A program made the position numbers and the translations under genes. The notes beneath the pieces were generated by a model, which saw nothing but the letters and a program-made list of their open reading frames with translations, was not told the origin of the DNA and ran no database searches. 44,955 bases of DNA from a virus. Its lineage: Duplodnaviria; Caudoviricetes. Shown piece by piece: positions 1-9,135 of this stretch (position 1 is the first letter of the stretch; every line of letters begins with the position of its first letter). The stretch lies in the IMG/VR virus record IMGVR_UViG_3300017766_003782, positions 1 through 44,955 of that record. One strand, 5' to 3'.

Positions 1-13
1 CGGTGGCTGGGTC
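1..13. repeat. Left copy of 13-nt terminal repeat CGGTGGCTGGGTC (probable cos cohesive end)
   Basis: Identical to 44943-44955; lies between the HNH gene and terS, the usual cos location in HK97-like phages. Confidence 0.8.
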
Positions 14-57
14 CTAACTTTTTTGTTTCCTATATTTTGTCGAGATGAGAAGGAAGA

Positions 58-504
58 ATGGGCAAGCGAGGACCAAAGAGCGCAACAGAGTTGATGATGA
101 TCGAGGCAGGGATTGCCAACGGTACCATCAAACTCGGGCAGCGCCCGGAACCGCCAGCCATATTGAACGATAGGGCTGCTGACGAGTGGCGTAAGATCAC
201 AAACGCCATGCCAAGCGACTGGTTTACCGACGAGACGCTGGCAATCCTCCAGATCCACTGTGAACACGTCGCAGAGAGCGACGCGCTCCAGCTGATGATC
301 GAGCGGGTCCGTCGCAAGGCCATGACCAACGAAGAATGCTTTGACCGTTACAAGACGCTGATGAAGATGAAAGAAGCTCAAACTCGTGCCATTGTGCAGA
401 CCGGCACCAAGCTTCGCATCACGCACCAGTCGACCTACACGGACAAGTCCGCCCGGACCAGCAAGAAGCACAGAGACTCGTCGAGCAGACCATGGGAAGA
501 GTGA
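58..504 (+). CDS. terS: Terminase small subunit (P27-like)
   Basis: MGKRGPK start, PEPPAIL..A..EW motif, first gene after the cos-like end, directly upstream of TerL. Confidence 0.85.
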   Translation: MGKRGPKSATELMMIEAGIANGTIKLGQRPEPPAILNDRAADEWRKITNAMPSDWFTDETLAILQIHCEHVAESDALQLMIERVRRKAMTNEECFDRYKTLMKMKEAQTRAIVQTGTKLRITHQSTYTDKSARTSKKHRDSSSRPWEE

Positions 505-2066
505 GACGCAATCCTGACCCTGCTCCTGTGCAGATGACTCGTGCTGAGCGAAACATCGCCTGGTGCGAGAAATACCTGCGTATCCCGGAAGGGAAGTTCG
601 TTGGGCAGCCGTTAAAGATGGCAGAGTTTATGCGGGAAGACTTCCGCGCCATCTACGACAACCCGCACACGACCCGGCGCGCAATCCTCAGTCGAGGCCG
701 GAAAAACGCGAAGACCACTGAGAGCGCCATGATCGTGGCACTTCACCTGTGCGGACCGGAAGCCAAGCCCAACTCGCAGCTCTATTCCGCTGCTCAGTCT
801 CGAGAACAGGCCGCAATCCTGTTTTCGTTGGCAGCAAAGATGATCCGGATGTCTCCCGAGCTGGCGAACGTCATCACGGTCCGAGACAGCGCCAAGCAAC
901 TCTTCTGTGCAGAGCTCGGCTCTCTGTACCGCGCTCTATCCGCCGAGGCGACGACGGCCTATGGTTTGTCGCCTGTCCTCGTTATCCACGACGAACTTGG
1001 GCAGGTAAAGGGCCCAAGATCCATGCTTTACGAAGCACTGGAGACTGCGACGGCTGCTCAAGACGAGCCGCTGTCTATCATCATCTCGACGCAGGCGCCG
1101 ACCGATGGCGACCTGCTTTCTGTGCTGATTGACGACGCGGCAACCGGCGCTGACCCGCGCACCGTGCTTCGGCTCAACACAGCAGACACTCAGCTGGATC
1201 CGTTCTCGGAGAAGGCAATCCGGCAGGCCAATCCTGCATTCGACGTGTTTATGAACCAGAAAGAAGTCCTCGCGATGGCAGAGGACGCTCGAAGGATGCC
1301 TGCTCGCCAGGCAGAGTACGAGAACCTGGTACTCAATCGTCGGGTGGATCGGAACTCGCCGTTCGTGAGTCGACTCGCCTGGCAGGCCTGCGCCAAGCCT
1401 GTGCGTGACGACTTCGTTGGGCTGCCTGTGTTTGGTGGGCTCGACCTGTCTGAAGTAAACGATTTGACGTCTTTGGTGCTGATTGCCCCAGTAAATCGGG
1501 TCTGGCAGGTACGTCCGACCTTCTGGTTGCCGGGTAACAGCTTGCACGAGAAGTCGATGCAGGACCGCGTCCCATACGACGTGTGGGAAAGCCAGGGTCA
1601 CCTGATCAAGACGCCGGGCCCGACTGTGGAGTACGAGTTCATCGCCGAGCACCTGTACGAGCTGCACATGCATCTCGACATACGCAAGATAGCATTTGAC
1701 CGGTGGAACTACCGTCATTTGCTGCCCTGGTTGTATCGGGTGGGCTTCGAAGAGGCTCAGCTCGAGGGTGACAACGCAATCTTCGTGCCTTTCGGCCAAG
1801 GCTTCCAGAGCATGAGCCCAGCGCTCAGGACTTTGGAGTCTGCCATCTTGAACGAGCAGATCGCACACGACGGGCACCCAGTCCTGGAGATGTGCGCAAT
1901 CAATTCGACGGTACACAAGGATCCAGCTGGAAACCGGAAACTGTCGAAGGTAAAGAGCCATGGCAGGATCGATGGAATGGTTGCACTCACCATGGCAATG
2001 GGTGTAGCCGGTTCTTTTGCTGAAGAAGACAAACGCGAACCTGAGTACCAGGTTCTGGTATTCTAG
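501..2066 (+). CDS. terL: Terminase large subunit
   Basis: Walker A-like GRKNAKT, Walker B VIHDELG, IISTQ coupling motif, nuclease GGLDLS and RIDGMVAL; GTG at 501 overlaps the terS stop (GTGA), start uncertain (492/501/534). Confidence 0.95.
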   Translation: MRRNPDPAPVQMTRAERNIAWCEKYLRIPEGKFVGQPLKMAEFMREDFRAIYDNPHTTRRAILSRGRKNAKTTESAMIVALHLCGPEAKPNSQLYSAAQSREQAAILFSLAAKMIRMSPELANVITVRDSAKQLFCAELGSLYRALSAEATTAYGLSPVLVIHDELGQVKGPRSMLYEALETATAAQDEPLSIIISTQAPTDGDLLSVLIDDAATGADPRTVLRLNTADTQLDPFSEKAIRQANPAFDVFMNQKEVLAMAEDARRMPARQAEYENLVLNRRVDRNSPFVSRLAWQACAKPVRDDFVGLPVFGGLDLSEVNDLTSLVLIAPVNRVWQVRPTFWLPGNSLHEKSMQDRVPYDVWESQGHLIKTPGPTVEYEFIAEHLYELHMHLDIRKIAFDRWNYRHLLPWLYRVGFEEAQLEGDNAIFVPFGQGFQSMSPALRTLESAILNEQIAHDGHPVLEMCAINSTVHKDPAGNRKLSKVKSHGRIDGMVALTMAMGVAGSFAEEDKREPEYQVLVF

Positions 2067-2076
2067 GAGACACCAG

Positions 2077-4026
2077 ATGAAGAGAGCCTACAGCATCTTG
2101 ACCGTGAAGGCCTCCGCCGACGGAGACGAGCGCGTCATCGAGGGTATCGCCTCGACCCCCACACCTGACCGCATGGGCGACATCGTCGAGCCCTCCGGTG
2201 CCAAGTTTACCCTGCCCATGCCCCTGCTCTGGCAGCATGACCACTCCAAGCCTGTGGGTTTTGTGGAGTTTGCTGAGCCGACGGAGGAAGGCATTCCCTT
2301 CCGTGCCCGTCTGGCACAGGTGGTTGAGGCGGGTCCGCTGAAGGACCGCATCGAGGAGGCCTGGCAGTCAGTCAAGGCTGGCCTCGTTCGCGGCGTCAGC
2401 ATCGGGTTCAGCCCGCTCGAATACTCCTTCCTCGACACTGGCGGGATCCGCTTCAGTGCCTGGGAATGGCTCGAACTGTCGCTGGTCACCATCCCTGCCA
2501 ACGCAGAGGCGACCATCTCGACAATCAAATCCATCGACACCAAGCTTCTGGCCGCGTCAGGCCGCAAGAAGGTGGAGTCGAAGGTGCAACCCGCCGCGCC
2601 AGGCGTCAAAACCAGTCAACCCAAGAAAGGGGTTACCACCATGAAGAAGAAAACGCTGGCGGAGCAGATTGCCGCCTTCCGCGATACGCGGGCAGAGAAA
2701 TCCGCTCGCATGCTTGAGCTGATGGAAGAGTCGGAAGGCTCGACCCTCGATGCCGCTGCTGCCGAGGAATATGACACCCTCGAGCAGGAAGTTGCTCAGA
2801 TCGACGAGCACGTGAAGCGTCTGAAGAACCTTCAGAAGTCGCAGGCCGAGAGCGCAACCCCTGTGGGCGCTGTCACCACGACCGAGGAAGGCTCGGCTGC
2901 TCGCGGCGCTCCGGTCCACGCCGTCGCCAAGATGGCCAAGCCGGCGCCGGGTATCCGCCTCGCTCGCTTCGCCAAGGCGCTGGGTCTGGCGCACAAGACG
3001 CACCGCGACGTGATGTCGGTTGCCCAGGAGCTGTATTCGCAGCGTGACCCGGACATGATCGGCATCATCAAGGCGGCTGTGGTCGGTACGTCGACCGGCA
3101 ACACCGATGCGCTGATCGGCAACGAGGGCGGCTGGGCTGACTTCGTCGAGTTCCTGCGCCCCATGACCATCCTCGGCCGCTTTGGCCAGGGCGGTATCCC
3201 GGCCCTGCGTCAGATCCCGTTCCGCGTGCCGCTGATCACGCAGACCGGTGGCGGCACGGGTTACTGGGTTGGTGAAGGCAAGGCGAAGCCGCTGACCCGC
3301 ATGACCGCTGGTCGCACCGAGCTCGCCCCGCTCAAGGTTGCCAACATCGCGGTTGCGACGATGGAAGCTCTGCGCGACAGCTCGCCCTCGGCCGAGATCC
3401 TGATCCGTGACGACCTGGCTCGTGCCCTGGTTGTGCGGATGGATACCTCGTTCATCGACCCGACCAACGCCGGCTCCGCTGGTGTCCGCCCTGCCTCGAT
3501 CACCGACGGCCTGACGGCCATCACGGCTTCGGGCAACGACGGCGCCGCGGTCCGTGAAGATGTCCGTGCGGCCATGACCACGTTCATCGCTGCCAACAAC
3601 CCGCTCTCCTCGGGTGTCTGGCTGATGTCCATGGGCACCGCCCTGGCGCTGTCGCTGATGCGCAACACGCTCGGCCAGCGCGAGTTCCCGGATATCACGA
3701 TGAACGGCGGCATCTTCGAAGGCCTGCCGGTCATCACCTCCGAGCACATCACCGACTATGTGGCCCTGGTCAACGCCCAGGACATCTGGTTCGCTGATGA
3801 TGGTGACATCGCGGTCGACCTGTCCACCGAGGCCTCGCTGGAAATGATGGACAACCCCACGGGTGACTCCATCGCTTCGACCCCTGTGGCTGCCTCGCTG
3901 GTCTCGATGTTCCAGACCAACTCGGTCGCCTTCCGGGCGGAACGGACCATCAACTGGGCTCGCCGCCGTGCTTCGGCCGTCGCGCTCATCGAGACGGTCA
4001 CCTGGGGTCTCCCCGAAGCGCCCTGA
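2077..4026 (+). CDS. Fused HK97-type prohead protease and major capsid protein
   Basis: RBS AGGAGA before ATG 2077; protease motifs LLWQHDH, GVSIGF, ELSLVTIPAN; coiled-coil delta region; capsid motifs WVGEGKAKP and FQTNSVAFRAE. Confidence 0.93.
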   Translation: MKRAYSILTVKASADGDERVIEGIASTPTPDRMGDIVEPSGAKFTLPMPLLWQHDHSKPVGFVEFAEPTEEGIPFRARLAQVVEAGPLKDRIEEAWQSVKAGLVRGVSIGFSPLEYSFLDTGGIRFSAWEWLELSLVTIPANAEATISTIKSIDTKLLAASGRKKVESKVQPAAPGVKTSQPKKGVTTMKKKTLAEQIAAFRDTRAEKSARMLELMEESEGSTLDAAAAEEYDTLEQEVAQIDEHVKRLKNLQKSQAESATPVGAVTTTEEGSAARGAPVHAVAKMAKPAPGIRLARFAKALGLAHKTHRDVMSVAQELYSQRDPDMIGIIKAAVVGTSTGNTDALIGNEGGWADFVEFLRPMTILGRFGQGGIPALRQIPFRVPLITQTGGGTGYWVGEGKAKPLTRMTAGRTELAPLKVANIAVATMEALRDSSPSAEILIRDDLARALVVRMDTSFIDPTNAGSAGVRPASITDGLTAITASGNDGAAVREDVRAAMTTFIAANNPLSSGVWLMSMGTALALSLMRNTLGQREFPDITMNGGIFEGLPVITSEHITDYVALVNAQDIWFADDGDIAVDLSTEASLEMMDNPTGDSIASTPVAASLVSMFQTNSVAFRAERTINWARRRASAVALIETVTWGLPEAP

Positions 4027-4050
4027 TCCTAGATCACGGCTAAACCAAAC

Positions 4051-4078
4051 AGGCGGGGCTTACGGGCCCCGTCTTCTC
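4051..4078 (+). terminator. Hairpin / weak intrinsic terminator after capsid gene
   Basis: AGGCGGGGCT-TACG-GGCCCCGTCT stem with UNCG loop, followed by a weak pyrimidine tract. Confidence 0.55.
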
Positions 4079-4093
4079 ATAGAGGGATGAGCC

Positions 4094-4453
4094 ATGAAGA
4101 AGCAGATGATCGCCAACCGGCGCTTTACCTACGGCACCCGTCGTCTGACGGCTGACGACCTATTCCAGGCAACCGTGAACGACGCAAAGGTGCTCGTAGC
4201 ACTGGGCCACGCTCGTATTGTGGAGGGTACCCCGGAAAAACCGGCAACCCCGGCCAAACAGGCGTCCCAGCCCGTGCAGCAACCGGTTCAATCGGGCGCC
4301 GACGACGACAGCGACGACGCCAACGACGACGACTCGACCAAGGACCCGAAGGCGGCCCTTGTGGCAGAGGCTCAGTCCTTGGGCATCGAAGCCGACGAGA
4401 CCTGGGGGATGAAGCGCCTCCGGAAGGAAATCAAAGCAGCGAAGGCGAAGTAA
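4094..4453 (+). CDS. Hypothetical head-module protein with small C-terminal helical (HeH/Rho-N-like) motif
   Basis: RBS GAGGG; ORF abuts the portal; C-terminal LVAEAQSLGIEADETWGMKRLRKEI. Confidence 0.7.
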   Translation: MKKQMIANRRFTYGTRRLTADDLFQATVNDAKVLVALGHARIVEGTPEKPATPAKQASQPVQQPVQSGADDDSDDANDDDSTKDPKAALVAEAQSLGIEADETWGMKRLRKEIKAAKAK

Positions 4454-5830
4454 ATGAGGATCTTCGGGCTCACCATCAGTCGACGGAGCGAGAAGGCCCT
4501 GTCCCCGCCAGATCGCCGGGACCGGTGGTACTCTGTGCTCGAGTCTTTCTCTGGCGCCTGGCAGCAGAATGTGGAAGTGAAGCTTGACTCCGTCTTGGCT
4601 TACAGCACCGTCCACTCCTGCATGACTCTGATCGCCAACGACATTTCCAAGCTCCGCGTCAATGTGGTCAAGGAAAGCCCTGACGGGGTGACCAATGTGC
4701 AGCGCAAACACCCGCTGCTGCCTCTGCTCCGTCGGCCCAACCCGTTCCAGAACAGCATCCAGTTCTTCCAACACTGGGTTATCTCGAAGCTGGCGCACGG
4801 GAACGTCTACATCCTCAAGCATCGGGATGGTCGCGGCAACGTGATTGGCCTGTACCTGCTCGACCCGATGCGGGTCCGAGTGTTGGTGTCGGATGAGGGT
4901 GAAGTCTTCTACGAGCTGAAGCAGGACTTCTTGAGCGGGCTCACCATGGCTAGCGTCACGGTTCCCGCCTCGGAAATCATCCACGACCGGATGAATACCC
5001 TGCATCACCCCCTTGTGGGCCTGTCTCCCATCTACGCTTGCGGCCTGGCAGCAACGCAGGGCCTCAACATGCAGACCAACTCCACAGCCTTCTTCGGCAA
5101 CGGAGCTCGCCCGTCTGGTGTCATCACGGCACCGGGTGAAATCAAGAAGGACACAGCAGAGCGCATCAAGGAGACTTGGAACACGAGCTACACCGGGGCC
5201 AACTCCGGCAAGGTCGCTGTCCTGGGTGACGGGCTCAAGTACGAGCCCATGGTCATGACAATGGTCGACGCTCAGATGATCGAGCAGCTGAAGTGGACTG
5301 CCGAGACCGTGGCAAACTGCTTCCATGTGCCCTACTACAAGGTCGGCGGCCCCCCGCCTGCCTACAACAACATCGAAGCTCTGCAGACGCAGTACTACAC
5401 CGACTGCCTACAGATCCAGATCGAGAGCATCGAGTGGATGCTGACCGAAGGGTTGGCTTTCTCCGACGAGACTGGTGTGGAGTTCGACCTTGATGGTTTG
5501 CTCCGCATGGACACCTCGACCCTGGTCAAGGCTGAGGCAGACGCGGTCAAGGCGGGTATCAAGGCTCCCAACGAAAGCCGCCGGCGCTTGAACCTGCCTC
5601 CTGTGAAGGGCGGGGAGACTCCCTACCTGCAACAGCAGAACTTCAGCTTGGCAGCCCTGGCAGAGCGGGACAGCAATGACCCATTTGCCAAGCCGCCACC
5701 GCCTCCTGTCCAGCCGCCGGTCGAAGAGCCGGAGGATGAGGAGGAACCCGAGGACGATGAAGAAGACACGGAAACGGAACGGGCACTGGCCGCCATCCGG
5801 TTCAAATTCGCGGAGGCCCTCCATGCTTGA
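4454..5830 (+). CDS. HK97-family portal protein
   Basis: LLRRPNP, GNVYI, EIIH, GLSPI, FFGNGARPSGVI, ANCFHVP, NESRRRLNLPPV motifs; Pro/acidic C-terminal tail. Confidence 0.95.
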   Translation: MRIFGLTISRRSEKALSPPDRRDRWYSVLESFSGAWQQNVEVKLDSVLAYSTVHSCMTLIANDISKLRVNVVKESPDGVTNVQRKHPLLPLLRRPNPFQNSIQFFQHWVISKLAHGNVYILKHRDGRGNVIGLYLLDPMRVRVLVSDEGEVFYELKQDFLSGLTMASVTVPASEIIHDRMNTLHHPLVGLSPIYACGLAATQGLNMQTNSTAFFGNGARPSGVITAPGEIKKDTAERIKETWNTSYTGANSGKVAVLGDGLKYEPMVMTMVDAQMIEQLKWTAETVANCFHVPYYKVGGPPPAYNNIEALQTQYYTDCLQIQIESIEWMLTEGLAFSDETGVEFDLDGLLRMDTSTLVKAEADAVKAGIKAPNESRRRLNLPPVKGGETPYLQQQNFSLAALAERDSNDPFAKPPPPPVQPPVEEPEDEEEPEDDEEDTETERALAAIRFKFAEALHA

Positions 5831-6599
5831 CATCGAAAAGCTCACAGATGCGCTGTTGGCCGGGGTTCAGGCCCTGGTCAACAAGCAGACTGACGCTTTG
5901 AACCGGCAAATTGAGTCGCTGGCTACCCTCGGCGCTTCGCTTGAGGAACGACTCAAGCAGCTGGAGCAACGCGAGCCTGCGCCCGTCTTTGACCCGTCTC
6001 CCATCTATGAGCAGATTGAGACGCTCAAGGGTGGGCTTCAAGTTGTCCTGCCAGAGATGCCCGACTTCGAAAGCATCCTGAGAGATGCCCTGGCAGGCGT
6101 CGACCCGGGTGACTCGATTGTCAATCTGGAGAAACAGGTTGCCGTGCTCCAGGCCCGGGTCGACTCTATCAAGATGCCCGACGTTGTCCACGGCAAGGAT
6201 GGTGTGGGGATCGAGAGCGCGAAGATCAACCACGACGGCGAGCTCCTGCTCAAGCTGACCAATGGCGAGACCCTACAGCTCGGCAAGGTCCAGGGAAGCG
6301 ATGGCAGGGACGCTCTGCCCATCGGTAACGTGAACTTGGCCTATGATGGTGAGCGCTCGATCATGCTGTACCTGGGCGACGGCGAGAAGACCATCAAGCA
6401 GGAGCTGATCTTGCCCATCCCGATTGACCGGGGAGTCTATCGCGAGGACACGCCCTACCGCAAGGGGGACGTCGTCACCTGGGCAGGGTCCATGTGGATC
6501 TGCCAGTTGGATGACCCGACAGGCAAGCCAGAGAGCTCGAAGGACTGGCGACTGTCCGTCAAGCGGGGCCGTGATGCCAAACCGATGGTGAAGTCATGA
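5823..6599 (+). CDS. Portal-adjacent coiled-coil protein with GKDG repeats and C-terminal small beta domain
   Basis: ATG overlaps the portal end; DRGVY...YRKGDVVTWAGSMWIC...DWRLSVKRGRD motif typical of this head-gene arrangement. Confidence 0.75.
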   Translation: MLDIEKLTDALLAGVQALVNKQTDALNRQIESLATLGASLEERLKQLEQREPAPVFDPSPIYEQIETLKGGLQVVLPEMPDFESILRDALAGVDPGDSIVNLEKQVAVLQARVDSIKMPDVVHGKDGVGIESAKINHDGELLLKLTNGETLQLGKVQGSDGRDALPIGNVNLAYDGERSIMLYLGDGEKTIKQELILPIPIDRGVYREDTPYRKGDVVTWAGSMWICQLDDPTGKPESSKDWRLSVKRGRDAKPMVKS

Positions 6600-6871
6600 G
6601 CATGGTGACACTCGAAGAGACCCTTCGCCAGCTTCGGCTGGTATCGGGCGACGACGACACTCGGGTCGAGGAGCTGATTGTCGAAGCTGAGGACTGGGCA
6701 GTCCAGGTGATGGGCGCCAACTACGACGAGGACTGGACCGAGGAGACCACCCCTGGCTCAGTCAAGACTGCCATCAAGATGCGTGTGCACGGGTTGTATG
6801 ACTCCAATGACGACATGCTGAAGGTGGCTGACCGATTGATTGACCGCTGGCGGGATCACGTTGCATCATGA
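6596..6871 (+). CDS. Head-tail connector (gp6-like)
   Basis: VTLEE...LR, P..VKTAI...V..LY pattern, size and synteny. Confidence 0.8.
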   Translation: MSMVTLEETLRQLRLVSGDDDTRVEELIVEAEDWAVQVMGANYDEDWTEETTPGSVKTAIKMRVHGLYDSNDDMLKVADRLIDRWRDHVAS

Positions 6872-7206
6872 CCTACGTCCTCGACAGATCTGTGCAGTTC
6901 TTGCGCGCCACCGCGACCGATACCGGGGTCAGCGAAGACGAGGAGTTTGCAGACCATGGTGGTCTCCGCTTCGCCTCGAAGAAGGATGTCAGTGACTCTG
7001 AGCGGTGGCGGGCGGGGGAAGTAAGCTCCCTGCTCAGCTGCCGCTTCGTCGTTCGCTACACACCCTTCACCGCTGACCTCACGCCTCGGGATCGGATCGT
7101 GTGCGAGGGCAAGACTTACGACATCACGGGGATCAAAGAGGTGGGTGACCGTCGGTCATTCTTGGAAATCTCCGCTGCTGTGCGCAACGACCTGATAGCG
7201 CCATGA
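6868..7206 (+). CDS. Head-tail adaptor / head closure protein
   Basis: RFVVRY...DRIVCEGKTYDITGI; ATGA overlap; synteny. Confidence 0.85.
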   Translation: MTYVLDRSVQFLRATATDTGVSEDEEFADHGGLRFASKKDVSDSERWRAGEVSSLLSCRFVVRYTPFTADLTPRDRIVCEGKTYDITGIKEVGDRRSFLEISAAVRNDLIAP

Positions 7207-7658
7207 GAGAGACAGTCAAGCTCGAGGGTTTTGCTGAGCTTGATAGGGAGCTCGAGGAACTGGGCCCGAAGATGGGCAAGCCAGTCCTGCGTCGGGCACT
7301 CAAGAAAGCAGCAGAGCCGATGGCAGCGATAGCCAACAGCAATGCTCCTGTGGGTCCGACAGGCGAGCTCTCGAAGTCGTTTATCTACAGCACCAAGCTG
7401 AACCAGCGTCAGAAGGGGCTGCACCGCAAGATGTTCCGAGACGACAAGGCTGCCGTCGAGGGGTTTGTGGGAACCAACAATGCGGCCGGTGTCCAGCAGG
7501 AGTTCGGCAACATACTGCACGGTCCACAGCCATCGCTTCGGCCCGCTTGGGACCAAGACAAGATGGCCCTGCTTGATCGGTTGAAGGTCGAGCTTCGGGC
7601 GGAGATTGACAAGGCCGTGGCCCGGGCTGCTCGCAAAGCTGCCAAGGGTCGAGGATAA
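7203..7658 (+). CDS. HK97 gp10-like tail completion protein
   Basis: LEGFAEL, AP..TGELS.S, QEFG....PQPSLRPAWD motifs. Confidence 0.88.
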   Translation: MRETVKLEGFAELDRELEELGPKMGKPVLRRALKKAAEPMAAIANSNAPVGPTGELSKSFIYSTKLNQRQKGLHRKMFRDDKAAVEGFVGTNNAAGVQQEFGNILHGPQPSLRPAWDQDKMALLDRLKVELRAEIDKAVARAARKAAKGRG

Positions 7659-7668
7659 AGAGGGTAGC

Positions 7669-8058
7669 ATGGAAGTAGAACTCAGAAACTTGCTTCTCGC
7701 TGATACCGATGTCAGTCGACTGACTGTGGGCAGAGTGAACTGGGGTTCTCGCCCACAAGGCGGGTCCCTGCCCGCTATCGTGATGTACCTGGTTGATGAC
7801 ATCTCGAGTCACAGCCAGTCGGGGCCCGACAACCTGTCTGTTGCTCGGGTTCAAGTGAATTGCCACGGTGCAAACTACCTACAGGCCTTGGATTTGTCGA
7901 AGGCCGTGCGGGAAGCACTGGATGGCTACCGGGGTGGCGTGTTCCAGGGTATCTTTCATGCCCTGACTCGCGACAGCCGCGAAGGCGGCAGCAACGAGGC
8001 TGACAGGCCTTTCTTGAGACAGATGGACTTCATCGTAAACTGGAGTAAGAACCCATGA
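7669..8058 (+). CDS. Tail terminator (DUF3168-like)
   Basis: LPAIV, RVQVNC, VREALDG; RBS GAGGG; synteny. Confidence 0.8.
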   Translation: MEVELRNLLLADTDVSRLTVGRVNWGSRPQGGSLPAIVMYLVDDISSHSQSGPDNLSVARVQVNCHGANYLQALDLSKAVREALDGYRGGVFQGIFHALTRDSREGGSNEADRPFLRQMDFIVNWSKNP

Positions 8059-8468
8059 CTGAAGCAACAATTGGCTACGGCACTCAGATCCGGATCGGCG
8101 TGGGTGTCACTCCGACCTGGACCACTCTTGCCGAAATCAAAGACGTCACCTGGCCTGTGGCCGAGGCTGATGACATCGAGGCGACCCACATGGCGAGCCC
8201 CAACCGGACCAAGGAGTTCATCTCCGGTCTGACCGACAACGGCGAAGTCGTCGTGCCCATGAACTGGGTGCCCGGGTCCGCCACCGACGTGCTGCTGGCT
8301 GGGCTCAAGGCCTCGGGCGAGCTTGTGCAGGTCGAGTTCACTGACAACACGGATGGCGCTACGCCTGAAGTCTATGTCGGGTACGTCCGTCGCTACTCGC
8401 GCACCTCGCCCGTCAATGACGTGCAGATGGCAGAAGCAGCCTTCCGGATCAGCGGGCTGGTTGACTGA
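8055..8468 (+). CDS. Major tail (tube) protein
   Basis: IGYGT, IEATHMASPNRTKEFISGLTDNGE, C-terminal RISG. Confidence 0.88.
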   Translation: MTEATIGYGTQIRIGVGVTPTWTTLAEIKDVTWPVAEADDIEATHMASPNRTKEFISGLTDNGEVVVPMNWVPGSATDVLLAGLKASGELVQVEFTDNTDGATPEVYVGYVRRYSRTSPVNDVQMAEAAFRISGLVD

Positions 8469-8470
8469 TC

Positions 8471-8809
8471 ATGAACGGAGCACTGACAGGGAAGACGTCA
8501 GTCGTGATCGAGGGCCGCACCTGGGTCCTCGCTCTCGACTTCAACGCCATGTGCGCGTTCGAAGAGAAGACAGGGAAGAACGCTTTCGGCGTCATTTCCG
8601 CTTTCGAGCAGGGCGCCATCAACGCTCTGGATCTTCGGGCACTCATGTGGTCCATGCTCGTGGTCAACCAGCCCGAGGTCACGCTTGAAGAAGCAGGCGT
8701 TATCTTGACGGTTGCGCCTGAAGCGCTGAAGAAAGCCATGGACATGGCCTCGCCCAAGAGCAAGCCGGGCGACAAACCGGGAAAGCCCAAGGCTCTGGCC
8801 AGGGGCTGA
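8471..8809 (+). CDS. Tail assembly chaperone (G-like)
   Basis: LDFNAMCAFEE motif; lies between tube and tape measure; GGGAAAG slippery site near the 3' end. Confidence 0.85.
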   Translation: MNGALTGKTSVVIEGRTWVLALDFNAMCAFEEKTGKNAFGVISAFEQGAINALDLRALMWSMLVVNQPEVTLEEAGVILTVAPEALKKAMDMASPKSKPGDKPGKPKALARG

Positions 8810-9135
8810 TCCAGATACTCGACCTGCTCGAGGCCTATGTGGGCGCTGGGTTTGACCCTACCCACTTCGGCAGCTTGACGCCTCGCCTCTTCTTTGTTCA
8901 CATGTCTGGGGCAAGGAAGAGGCTTGAGCGCGAGCAACAAGACAGAGTCGAGGCTGCCTGGCTAGGGTCCCTGCTTCAACGGCAAAAGAAGCTGCCTTCG
9001 ATCAAGTCACTTCTTGCGAAACCGAAGCCACTCAAAGGCAACGAGGTCCTGGCGATGCTGAGGGCCCGAACCAAGAACCTTCCTAAGAGGACATGGGAAC
9101 AATGGTGCAGAGCGTCATCGGGGCACTCCGAGTAA
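8779..9135 (+). CDS. Tail assembly chaperone extension (T-like), reached by -1 frameshift
   Basis: G-GGA-AAG at 8779-8785; the -1 frame is open from 8779 to the stop at 9135; DPTHFGSLTPR motif. Confidence 0.8.
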   Translation, partial: GKAQGSGQGLIQILDLLEAYVGAGFDPTHFGSLTPRLFFVHMSGARKRLEREQQDRVEAAWLGSLLQRQKKLPSIKSLLAKPKPLKGNEVLAMLRARTKNLPKRTWEQWCRASSGHSE

